Positions 10,957 through 20,000 of a stretch of DNA of 64,000 nucleotides are shown here, one piece after another. How positions within the stretch are numbered: the first letter of the stretch is position 1; each line of letters begins with the position of its first letter. The translations under genes and the position numbers were made by a program. The notes under the pieces are model-generated. The model made no database searches. It saw only the letters and a program-made list of their open reading frames with translations, and was not told where the DNA came from. Source of the DNA: an uncultured Verrucomicrobiae bacterium (GTDB lineage Bacteria; Verrucomicrobiota; Verrucomicrobiia; Limisphaerales; Palsa-1400); the NCBI GenBank assembly GCA_963702845.1, contig OY969763.1, forward strand, positions 384,001-448,000, written 5' to 3'.

Positions 10957-11498
10957 GTTAGGGCGCGTCGCTCCACGCCGTCCTCTCTTTCTCCCTCTGA
11001 CCACTGACTACGGCATAGCGGCCTCATCGAATGGCGTAGCCATGAAGCGAAGGTAGACGTGGGATTCATCCCACGAACCAAAAGCGCCGCAACGATTCGT
11101 GTCGCGTCGCGACACCTGAACCCGCAAACCCGGTGGCAACCCCGCCACGGTTTGAAGCGAACGATCTGCGCGCCCTAGAGGGGCAGAATGAAAATAGCCC
11201 AGCGCTTTCCGGCCTGTTGCCCAAATCAACGCTCTTCGTCTTCAATCCCAAAGGGATTGCGTCACTCGGCCCAGCACCACGCGAAGCGTCCTCCGTAGCT
11301 TCAGCGAAGGTGGATTGCGTAGCGGCGACGAAGGAGTTAATTGGGTTTGGATCGGTGTAAAATTTTATTGACGGTGTTTGAACCGCGAAGCCACTCCGAA
11401 ATCCCGTAGGGATGACATGATTGTAGCCCGGCGTTTCAACGCCGGGACAAAAGACTCAAACGAAGTTTCACTTTGCCACAGGCGCGACGAAGGAGTTA
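10957..11498. repeat. Cluster of REP-like palindromes
   Basis: GTAGaCGTGGGAttcaTCCCACG (11053-11075), GTAGCCCGGCGTTtcAACGCCGGG (11423-11446), short hairpins TCCCaaAGGGA and TCCCgtAGGGA, and GCGACGAAGGAGTTA present twice. Confidence 0.55.
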
Positions 11499-12389
11499 TA
11501 TGCAGGTTGAGACGAGCCTCGAAAGTGAGGGCCAATTCGCTGTCGCGAGCTGTTCGTTTTGAAAAAACTTCTTACAAATACAGTTCCAATCTGGCTTAAG
11601 GATGCCCTTGTGACTACCTCGGACAGCAAGCGTCTCGCCGTCAGAGCAAAGTTCAGGAAACCCCAAGCGACGCATGTTCTGCTCATGATAACCGAAACCG
11701 AAAAACGCGGCTGAGTCGGCTTCTCTAAGAACCCAGCGAGCAAGTTTAAATGCTTTGGTAGAGAGCTTAGCTTCGGAAATAACAACGATTGATTCCAAAG
11801 CCTGCTTCATTCGCTCGTAGGCTGTTAGTCGATTTGTAATCCAATGAAGCCTCTCCCCCTCATAGTCTCGAAGCGTGCCGTGGGGACGAATTACGAACTC
11901 TTCGTTCAACCACCCGGCGGCAGTTTCCCTGGACACGCGTAGATTGTTCGAAATCACGCCGCACAAGTAACACTCAAGCGTTCGATCATAGTTAAAGGTA
12001 ATGACATGAACGCGTCGTTTCTTCAAAGCCGACCACGAGCTACATCGGAGCGCTTGCCAGAATGCTTCGTACCAGTGATCTCGCGGCTGGCACGGCGGAA
12101 ACAGCTTGTCTTCGTTTTCCCTTCCATCGAGGGCGAGCGCCGTGGCGAGCTTTCCTATCTTCATCCAGTTAGGTCGCTTCTCTAGAAAAGAATCCACAGT
12201 TCCTGCCGCAGACATCCGCAAGTCGTTCTGGAATGCGTGAAGTTCATCCCTTGAGACCCGAAATGGGCTCAGTAATTTAATCGTTGAGTCCGTGTGCCGT
12301 ATGCTTAAAACGAGGTCCCGAAGCTCTCGCCCAAGAGGTAAGCCATACGGTTTGCTTGCACCAGCACCGAGGATGAGGACGACGTTCAT
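11496..12389 (-). CDS. SIR2-like domain protein
   Basis: ILGAGASKPYGLP, VITFNYD, PHG and FFGFGY motifs in the order typical of SIR2_2-like proteins. Confidence 0.7.
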   Translation of the reverse strand: MNVVLILGAGASKPYGLPLGRELRDLVLSIRHTDSTIKLLSPFRVSRDELHAFQNDLRMSAAGTVDSFLEKRPNWMKIGKLATALALDGRENEDKLFPPCQPRDHWYEAFWQALRCSSWSALKKRRVHVITFNYDRTLECYLCGVISNNLRVSRETAAGWLNEEFVIRPHGTLRDYEGERLHWITNRLTAYERMKQALESIVVISEAKLSTKAFKLARWVLREADSAAFFGFGYHEQNMRRLGFPELCSDGETLAVRGSHKGILKPDWNCICKKFFQNEQLATANWPSLSRLVSTCI

Positions 12390-12771
12390 ATCTTCGCTAT
12401 CGAAACAGAATCATCCCCGCCATCGAAAAGCACTCTCACATTGCTGACGTAATCCTGCGGAGAGGTAACTTGGTTGGGAGGATGGTAACGCATTTGTTGA
12501 TTCTTCTCATTGTGCAGGACACCGCAAGTTTTTTTGCCGCCATGCCCGCCTTGCCCGTCCGGCTCGGACCCTATCTCGGATGAAGGGCGACAGTCGGAGA
12601 GCACGACCACGATTCGCGACAGCAAACAACTCATTTTGGGCACCTGACTAGTGGCGGGCTTGGGAAGCCAACCTGAGCAGTCAAAAAAAAGAACATGAAA
12701 ACAAATACACAAAATACAAACACAGGTCACTGCAGCTTGAACTCTTCATCTCTTCTGCCAATCATCAACTG

Positions 12772-13332
12772 ATGCGGCGAAAATGGAAGGTCGCGGTTCT
12801 GCTTGGGTGCATCGTCGCCATCGCGATTGGTGTCGCGCTGTTGTGGTCAACTCAACTTAACCAGGTAACGATCACGATCCCTAACGGACCGACGCTCAAA
12901 CTAATAGAGGCGAATTACGATGTCCGCAGTCAAATGTTGCTGAACCAAAACCCAGCAAAGCGCGCCTTGCAGAAGCTGAGCCTCTTGAGCGCGAAAGTTT
13001 TCCCACGACTCTTCATGCAAACGAAGACGATTACATTCTATTCGGACCCGGGTGAGGCAGTGTTTTGGTTCAGCGAAACTCCATACGAGCCCGATCGCGC
13101 TCGCCGGACATGGTGTGCCGTCCAGGACCCCGGAAAGCCCTACACAATAATGGCGGCTTGGAAATTGAAGGCTTGGCGATATCCGAAAACTCCGGGCATC
13201 GTTGCCATCACCTGGCCAGAATGCCCTACGAACGAAGAGACATTGGAACTGTCATTTTACAATGAGAACAATATGGCCCGGTCCAATGTTCTCGGACGAA
13301 TCACATTGAAGAATCCAGCGTATCGGCAGTAA
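12772..13332 (+). CDS. Hypothetical membrane-anchored protein
   Basis: 186-aa ORF with N-terminal basic plus hydrophobic helix. No family recognised. Confidence 0.55.
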   Translation: MRRKWKVAVLLGCIVAIAIGVALLWSTQLNQVTITIPNGPTLKLIEANYDVRSQMLLNQNPAKRALQKLSLLSAKVFPRLFMQTKTITFYSDPGEAVFWFSETPYEPDRARRTWCAVQDPGKPYTIMAAWKLKAWRYPKTPGIVAITWPECPTNEETLELSFYNENNMARSNVLGRITLKNPAYRQ

Positions 13333-13445
13333 CCCCGCGCCGTGCATCAGTGGCCGTGCGCGAGCCATTCCTTTTAGAGACTCGCGTCGCCTCCAAACCT
13401 CCACGCCAGAGATTTGCAACCTCTGGATTCCGCGCGCAGAACACC

Positions 13446-13496
13446 CTTGTTCGCGCTGCGGAAATATGCGAACACATGTCGGTATAAGTGTTGGAC
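13446..13496 (+). promoter_or_regulatory. attI-like motif, copy 1
   Basis: CTTGTTC-N12-TATGCGAACACATGTCG...TGTTGGAC. Aligns with 14042-14094 and ends in a GTTRRRY core at the start of an ORF. Confidence 0.45.
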
Positions 13497-13778
13497 AGGA
13501 CGGAAATAAAGAGACTATCTATCTGCATAGCGGCGGCAATTCTCTCTTTTGTTACCTGCCATTTCGAGCCACTGCCTCACGGCGATGCATTGCTCCACTT
13601 GAGGTCCCTTGAAGCGCTCTGGAATATCCTGATCATTGCCGTGTCCGTAACGGCCGTTGCCGTTGGCATCGGCGTTCTGGTTCGCGGCTCTACTCCAGCC
13701 CGCGTCGTAGCAGTCGTCGCCTGTCTGTGGCCGCTTGCAGTCCTTTTGCAACTCGCGGCATTCCTGCTCGTTGAGTGA
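13488..13778 (+). CDS. Small hypothetical membrane protein (cassette-like)
   Basis: 96 aa, about three hydrophobic segments, begins at the GTTGGAC core. Start codon uncertain. Confidence 0.5.
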   Translation: MLDRTEIKRLSICIAAAILSFVTCHFEPLPHGDALLHLRSLEALWNILIIAVSVTAVAVGIGVLVRGSTPARVVAVVACLWPLAVLLQLAAFLLVE

Positions 13779-13785
13779 GGAAGGC

Positions 13786-13916
13786 TCACAACCCCCTCAA
13801 CCTCCCCTGAATAATCACGCGCGGCTTCGTTGCGACCATAGACCGCAACGCATCCGCCGCATCATCGCCGCCGATTCCATCCTCGGCATCAACTTTGTCC
13901 ACGTCCTCAGGCCGAT
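13786..13916 (-). pseudogene. Phage terminase large subunit 3'-end fragment, copy 1
   Basis: Encodes RPEDVDKVDAEDGIGGDDAADALRSMVATKPRVIIQGRLRGL*. 125 bp near-identical to 14731-14855. Confidence 0.6.
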
Positions 13917-14041
13917 CTTCCCCACCATCAGCGTTGCAGTGCGCGCGCCAATCGAGCCTCGCATCCTTCACGCCACGCCCTCACTCCGCAGCTGACGCAG
14001 TTAGGCGGGGTTGCAGAGACGCGCTTCAAGCTTATAAAGCG

Positions 14042-14094
14042 CTTGTTCACCTATCAAAGCTATGTGAACACTTGTCGCATATTAATTGTTAGCC
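14042..14094 (+). promoter_or_regulatory. attI-like motif, copy 2
   Basis: CTTGTTC-N12-TATGTGAACACTTGTCG...TGTTAGCC, directly followed by ATG at 14095. Confidence 0.55.
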
Positions 14095-14640
14095 ATGAAA
14101 CAACTCGCCGCAGTATTGTTGTCTTTGGTCATCGGGGGCGTTGGTGCCTCCGTTTTCGCGGGCGATGCCAGGACAAACCAGGCGCCACAGCGTGCTGTAA
14201 GCTCAGACGGTGATGTTGGATTGATCATCAAGGAGCTTTCCCCTGGTCATCCTATTGTAATTGCCATCGAGCGTTACAAAGATCATTCGAATCCCTCGCG
14301 GAGGGATGTGGAGATTCCCGAATCTCTGGCTCGTCAGTCGCAGACCAATTACGCGGAATTCAGCAGCGCCTTGGTCGCAGCCGCAGAGCATGCGAAGCTT
14401 GATAGCGCGTCGCTAGCCAAGATATTGGAGCTGGTGCGCGGCGCCAAAGAAAACAAAGGCTTGGCCGTAGTTCCGGTCGCTGCACACGCAACTCGGAGGG
14501 ACGGTGAGCTGGTTTGGGTTGTTTCGCTCAGATGGGAGGGAGAAAAATGGGTTTCAAGCGATGGAGATATGAGTCATTTCAGTAGTTTTACGTTTACGCA
14601 GAAGACATTGAGGAAGGTTGCTTTCGACTCGTGCGACTGA
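14095..14640 (+). CDS. Hypothetical secreted protein, integron gene-cassette ORF
   Basis: Signal-peptide-like N terminus (MKQLAAVLLSLVIGGVGASVFA). Bounded by GTTAGCC and an attC. Confidence 0.7.
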   Translation: MKQLAAVLLSLVIGGVGASVFAGDARTNQAPQRAVSSDGDVGLIIKELSPGHPIVIAIERYKDHSNPSRRDVEIPESLARQSQTNYAEFSSALVAAAEHAKLDSASLAKILELVRGAKENKGLAVVPVAAHATRRDGELVWVVSLRWEGEKWVSSDGDMSHFSSFTFTQKTLRKVAFDSCD

Positions 14641-14641
14641 T

Positions 14642-14730
14642 GGCTACAACTGCGTGCAGGCGACGCCGGGTTGCGCGCTGCTGTTTCCTGTAGCTGAGGT
14701 GCCCGGCGCGCCTGACGCATAGCGTTAAAG
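14642..14730 (+). mobile_element. attC recombination site
   Basis: R'' GGCTA(A)C, 5-nt spacer, stem CGT-G-CAGGCG-A-CGCCGGG pairing with CCCGGCG-CGCCTG-ACG (two extrahelical bases), 6-nt spacer, R' GTTAAAG. R'' lacks one A relative to the reverse complement of GTTAGCC. Confidence 0.75.
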
Positions 14731-14915
14731 CCCCCTCAACCTCCCCTGAATAATCACGCGCGGCTTCATCGCCACCATATACCGCAACGCATCCGCCGCG
14801 TCGTCGCCGCCGATTCCATCTTCGGCGTCAACTTTGTCCACATCCTCAGGCCGATTCGGATCGTGCTGCAATGCCGGCAAACACTCAATCAACCGCTGAC
14901 AACGTTTGTGTATGA
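14725..14915 (-). pseudogene. Phage terminase large subunit 3'-end fragment, copy 2
   Basis: PRLFIHKRCQRLIECLPALQHDPNRPEDVDKVD...DDAADALRY. A D-x-x-D-A-L-R-Y end is typical of TerL nuclease domains. Confidence 0.65.
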
Positions 14916-15376
14916 ACAGCCTTGGTGCAGTTGTCAGTCCCAACTATTGACAAAAGCCTCTTTCGTGAAGGGTAGACACTGCATTGAAACAAATGCCGAC
15001 ATTGATTGCGGAGGCAAATCTTCTTCCGCGTATTCAGCGCATTCCGCGGTTCCACTCCGTTCCCTTCGTGCCTCCTGTTCAATCGCTCCCGAACTTTGAT
15101 CCCCTAACTTCCAGCTTCGCTATCCTACACGCTTGACACAGCAGCTACTTAACTATAGGCTAAAGCCGCTGCTTAAAATGCAGTAGCAGGGTTTGCGTTC
15201 AACTTTGGATGCAATTCTCGCCGACAGTCGCGCCATAGCTTTATGCGAAGGCGGATTGGTCTTTGACATATAATGTAGCCGCCGAGGGTGCTTGTGGCAG
15301 TGTGTATCAAAACAATTTGTTCCGTAGTGCGAGGCGGAGGTTTGGCGGTTAACACTCAACTATCAACCCTCAACTT

Positions 15377-15577
15377 CCCGATCACCTCCCGACACTTCCG
15401 GACACCCTCCGGACACCCTCCGGACACTGAAAAAGGATTGTTTTATTTTCGTCCTGCGAAGGCGGGCCGTTTAGGAGAAACAAATGTTTCTCCAAAGTTT
15501 CTCCAACCCTTCTCCGAAGTTTCTCCATGTTTCTCCAAAGAGAAGGAATGGGAAGGAATGAGCAACAATGAGCAACA
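15377..15577. repeat. Helically phased short direct repeats
   Basis: CCGGACACCCT units (about 11-bp period, 15377-15428), TTCTCC units (about 11-bp period, 15486-15539), AATG-GGAAGG/AGCAAC units (10-bp period). Confidence 0.65.
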
Positions 15578-15698
15578 TTTTTGAATTTTTCTCCGGTTTC
15601 CGAATTTCGACCCATTGACTCCCAAAAAGGCGGAGGTAGTGAAAGATAATGTTGTTAATTGCGTGCTATCCGCTCTAGGGATGTCATGATTGACCCTT

Positions 15699-17027
15699 AT
15701 GTCATTTCAAGGACTTGGGCTAGATGCGAAGATTTTGCAGGCGGTTAAAGACGCCGGTTATACTGAGCCGACACCGATTCAAACCGCAGCCATCCCGCCA
15801 ATCGTCGCGGGACACGATCTCATCGGCATCGCCCAGACCGGAACGGGCAAAACGGCGGCGTTCACGCTACCGCTCCTCACCCGGCTGGCGGCGCAGCCTC
15901 CGATGCAACGTCGTGCCACGCGCGTGTTGGTCCTCGCGCCGACGCGTGAACTGGTCGTGCAAATCGACGAGAACGTGCGCGCTTATGGCAAACATTTACC
16001 GCTCTCGGTCGCCACGATTTTTGGCGGCGTCGGCGAACAGCCGCAGATCCGCGCTTTGCGGGCGGGCACAGATATTATCATCGCCTGTCCGGGCCGGTTG
16101 CTCGATTTGATGCGCCGACGGTGCGCGGATTTTTCGCAGTTGAAAGCGCTGGTGCTGGATGAAGCGGATCGGATGTTGGATATGGGTTTCCTTCCCGATA
16201 TCAAAAGTATCGTTCAACAATTGCCCAAGCAGCGTCAGACGCTGATGTTTTCCGCGACGCTTTCGAAGGAAATCGAACGGCTCACGCACGACTTTCAGCA
16301 CGCGCCGAAGATGGTGCAGATCGGTCGTCGCTCGAATCCCGCTGAAACGGTGACGCAGCTTGTTTACGAAGTGCCGAAGCACTTGAAGACGTCCTTGCTG
16401 TTGCATCTCTTGCGCGAGCCGCAAATGAATATGGTGCTGGTGTTCTCGCGCATGAAGCACGCGGCGGATCGCCTTGCGCGACAGTTGGAACAAAACGGCA
16501 TTCGCACGGCGACGTTGCATTCCAATCGTTCTCAAAGTCAGCGGTTGCGCGCGTTGAAAGATTTCAAGTGCGGTGCGGTGCGGATTTTGGTTGCGACGGA
16601 TATCGCCGCGCGCGGCATTGATGTGGACGGTATTTCGCACGTGGTGAACTACGATTTTCCGATGCACGTGGAAGATTACGTGCATCGCATCGGCCGCACG
16701 GGTCGCGCGAATGCGATTGGCGATGCGATTAGTTTCATCACGCCGGAAGACCAAAGCGAATTGCGGGCAGTTGAACGATTTATTGGTCGCGGTATCGTAC
16801 GCAAAAAGGCTGAAGGATTTAACTACGCCGGCTCTGCCCCCGCGCGGGAAGCGGGAGACGATGATCGTCGCCCGAGGCACCAGCACGGCGGGCCGAGGCA
16901 TCAGGGGCAACAGCGCCAAGGCGGGAGCAATCAGCAGGGTGGTGGACAGCGCCAAGGCGGAGGGAATCAGCAGGGCGGTGGACAGCGGAGAAGCCGGCCT
17001 TCTGGCCAGCGGCGTTGGAGAAGATAA
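15699..17027 (+). CDS. DEAD-box RNA helicase (RhlE-like)
   Basis: Q motif, AQTGTGKT, PTREL, DEAD, SAT, HRIGRTGR, and a G/Q/R-rich tail. Confidence 0.95.
   Translation: MSFQGLGLDAKILQAVKDAGYTEPTPIQTAAIPPIVAGHDLIGIAQTGTGKTAAFTLPLLTRLAAQPPMQRRATRVLVLAPTRELVVQIDENVRAYGKHLPLSVATIFGGVGEQPQIRALRAGTDIIIACPGRLLDLMRRRCADFSQLKALVLDEADRMLDMGFLPDIKSIVQQLPKQRQTLMFSATLSKEIERLTHDFQHAPKMVQIGRRSNPAETVTQLVYEVPKHLKTSLLLHLLREPQMNMVLVFSRMKHAADRLARQLEQNGIRTATLHSNRSQSQRLRALKDFKCGAVRILVATDIAARGIDVDGISHVVNYDFPMHVEDYVHRIGRTGRANAIGDAISFITPEDQSELRAVERFIGRGIVRKKAEGFNYAGSAPAREAGDDDRRPRHQHGGPRHQGQQRQGGSNQQGGGQRQGGGNQQGGGQRRSRPSGQRRWRR
16911..16982 (+). repeat. In-frame 36-bp tandem repeat in helicase tail
   Basis: Two copies encoding QRQGG(S/G)NQQGGG. 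Confidence 0.8.
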
Positions 17028-17093
17028 TAGGTTCTCGAACGCCTGAGGTAGACGAAGCCTTCAGAGTTCTCATCGCGCAGAGCAGGCACTATA

Positions 17094-20000
17094 TTGTCGC
17101 GAATGTCGTTGGAGCTAACCGAAAAACTGCTGAGTGACGCCGCAGGCTGGGACGTGATGAAACACGCCCGCGCCTACCTGTCTCAAGGGCAGGTGGTCAG
17201 TTCGTTTTGGGAAGCACCGCTGCTACGCGGTGTGGTGCAAGCCGGCGAATTATCGGTTCGGGCTTCGATGGTGATCAAGAGCGCCAGCGATATTGAAAAT
17301 CTTTGCACCTGTCGAGAGGCGCGCGAATGGGGCAAAATCTGCGCGCACGGTGTTGCGGTCGGTTTGCATTGGCTCAAGGCGCAGAGGGGAGAGGTCATTG
17401 CCCCGGAATCCGCTGCAAAGCCAGCAACTACGAAGGCCAAAAAAACTCCGTCTTTGTTGCGAGCCGACGACGGCGAGCCTACGGAATTGTTTTTTGTTTT
17501 ACCGCCAAATTTCGACCAGGCCGCAGCCCGCGGGCGAATCATGCTCGTCGTTGAAGGCAAATGGAGCGGTGGTCGTTGCCCGCTGAACGCGTTGCCGAAA
17601 GGTCGCCGATACGCTTTCTCGGAACAGGACAATACAGTTCTCGACGCTTTGGAAGAATTTACCGGCGGCGAAACTCCGGCGGTCCTGCAGTTGGAAGTGA
17701 AAGATTTCACAGCACTCCTTCCCACTCTGGCAGCGCATCCAAGAATCGCGCTTGGCAAATCGAGCGAAGTCGTCGTTAGCAAAGTGCCGTTTGTTTTGCC
17801 TTTGCGCGCGACGTTGCAGGCCAATGGCGAAATCGTGCTCGCGTTGAAAGAAAAAGCAGGTGGAGTCGCAATGATCGGCGATTGGGGTTGGTGCAACTCG
17901 ACGCTCCAGCCACTAGCACTGCCGCCCGGGTTGAAGGAAATCGTCCGTGGTCCCTTGCGAATCGCACGGTTGCAAGTGCCCGCGTTTCTCAATCAACAGT
18001 GGCCGCAATTGCAGGCGTCCGGTGCTGCCGAAGCGAATTTTAAACTGGAGGATTTCACCGTAGGACCGCAAACGCCTCGGTTCCTCCTGGAACTGCGCGG
18101 AGGACTTGCCCAACTCGGTGCAAGACTGCAGTGCGCGTATGGTTCGCGTATCATGACTGTCGGGGTAACGACCGACGATGTTTGGATGCCCGATCCGGAA
18201 ATTCCAACAAGTTACGCAATGCGCGACGTTGGTGCGGAGCGGACGGCGCTGGCACGATTGCAGCGTCATGGGTTTTCGGCGCCGGATAGCTTCGGCAAGA
18301 TGCAGTTGCTGGGACAGAATGCAGTTTTGAATTTTCTCGCGCGTGAGTTTCCGCGTCTGCAACGCGAATGGACGGTGACGTTGGATGAACACCTTGAGAA
18401 CCGAACGTTGCGGAATATCGAACGGGTCGAGCCGCAATTTCAAATCACGCCATCGGGTGTGCAATGGTTTGATCTCGGCGTCGTGTTTGCCACCAGCAGC
18501 GGTGAGACTTTTTCAGCGGCGGAAATTCAGCGACTGATTCTTTCCGGCCAAAGCCATACGCGATCCAAGAGTGGTAAGACGGTCGTGATTGATACTGGTG
18601 CGGTCGAGGAAATGCAGGAGGTGCTGCTCGATTGCGCTCCGCAGCAACATGCGCAGGGCTATCGGATGAGCAACACGCAGGCGGGTTTTCTCGAAGCGAC
18701 TTTGCGCAAGCATACGAGCTGGAAGGTGGAAGCGCCGACGGAATGGCGCGATCGTGCGGCGCGCCAGAGCGGCGAAGCGAAATTGGATTGTCCGCCGCTG
18801 GGGAATCTGGAATCGGTGCTGCGGCCTTATCAGAAGCATGGCGTGGCGTGGCTTCAATTTCTGCGCGAGAACGGTTTTGGCGGCATCCTGGCCGATGAAA
18901 TGGGATTGGGAAAAACGCTACAGACGCTTGCCTTCCTGCGGTTCGTGCGAGAGAAAAATCCGACAGCAGCACCGATGCTCATCGTTTGCCCGACGAGTTT
19001 AGTTTTCAATTGGATGGCCGAAGCGAAGAAGTTTACGCCGGAACTGAAGATGTTAGCTTTGCACGGCCCCAATCGTCATCCGTTGTTCGACCAAATTTCG
19101 CAAAGCGACATCGTCGTAACAAGCTATGCGCTGGCGCGGCGCGATGCGGAGCGTTATCGCGATTTCGAATTCGACACGGTTGTTCTGGACGAAGCGCAGC
19201 ACATCAAGAACCGAGAAACGCAAAATGCTCAGGCTGTCAAAGCGGTGAAGTCGACCCACCGGCTCGTGCTCACCGGCACGCCGTTGGAAAATTCGGTGTT
19301 GGATTTGTGGTCTGTCTTTGACTTTCTCATGCCCGGTTATCTTGGTGGCGCAAAAGACTTCCGCGAGCGCTACGAAATTCCTATTACCAAGTCGAAAGAT
19401 GCGGCGGCGCAACAGCTTCTCTCGCGGCGGTTGCGGCCGTTCCTGCTACGACGACTGAAAAAGGAGGTCGCGGCTGATCTGCCTGCGAAGATCGAGCAAG
19501 TGTCGTTTTGCGAGCTCACGCCGGAACAGCGCGGGGTTTACCAACAGGTCATCGAAGCGAGTCGCAAGGAAGTGCTGGAGGCTGTCGGCGCGCAGGGACT
19601 GGCGAAGAGTCGGATGGTCGTGCTGACGGCACTGCTCCGGTTGCGTCAGGTCTGTTGCGATTTGCGATTGCTGAAACTGGAAAACGTGAATGCGGCGACT
19701 GCATCGAGCAAGCTGGAGATGTTCGGCGAGTTGCTGGAGGAGGTCATTGACGGTGGGCACCGCGTGTTGGTGTTCAGCCAATTCGTAACGATGCTCGGTT
19801 TGTTAAAAGAACGGCTCGCGTCCGAGGGCATTGAATATTGTTACCTTGATGGCTCGACGACCAATCGCGCGGCGGTCGTGTCACAATTTCAAACGAACGC
19901 CGCCATTCCTGTGTTTCTCATCAGCTTAAAAGCCGGTGGCGTAGGTTTGAATCTGACCGGCGCCGATACGGTGATTCACTTCGACCCCTGGTGGAATCCG

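Noticed and set aside
12386..12770. 114-aa minus ORF and a possible riboswitch (ATGAAG...TTTGGGCACCTG, faintly c-di-GMP-II-like)
   Set aside because: The ORF has no protein-like features, and the remaining riboswitch consensus elements could not be found.
15377..15577. Possible CRISPR array
   Set aside because: Units are 10-11 bp with no unique spacers and no cas genes. The same applies to 44155-44254.
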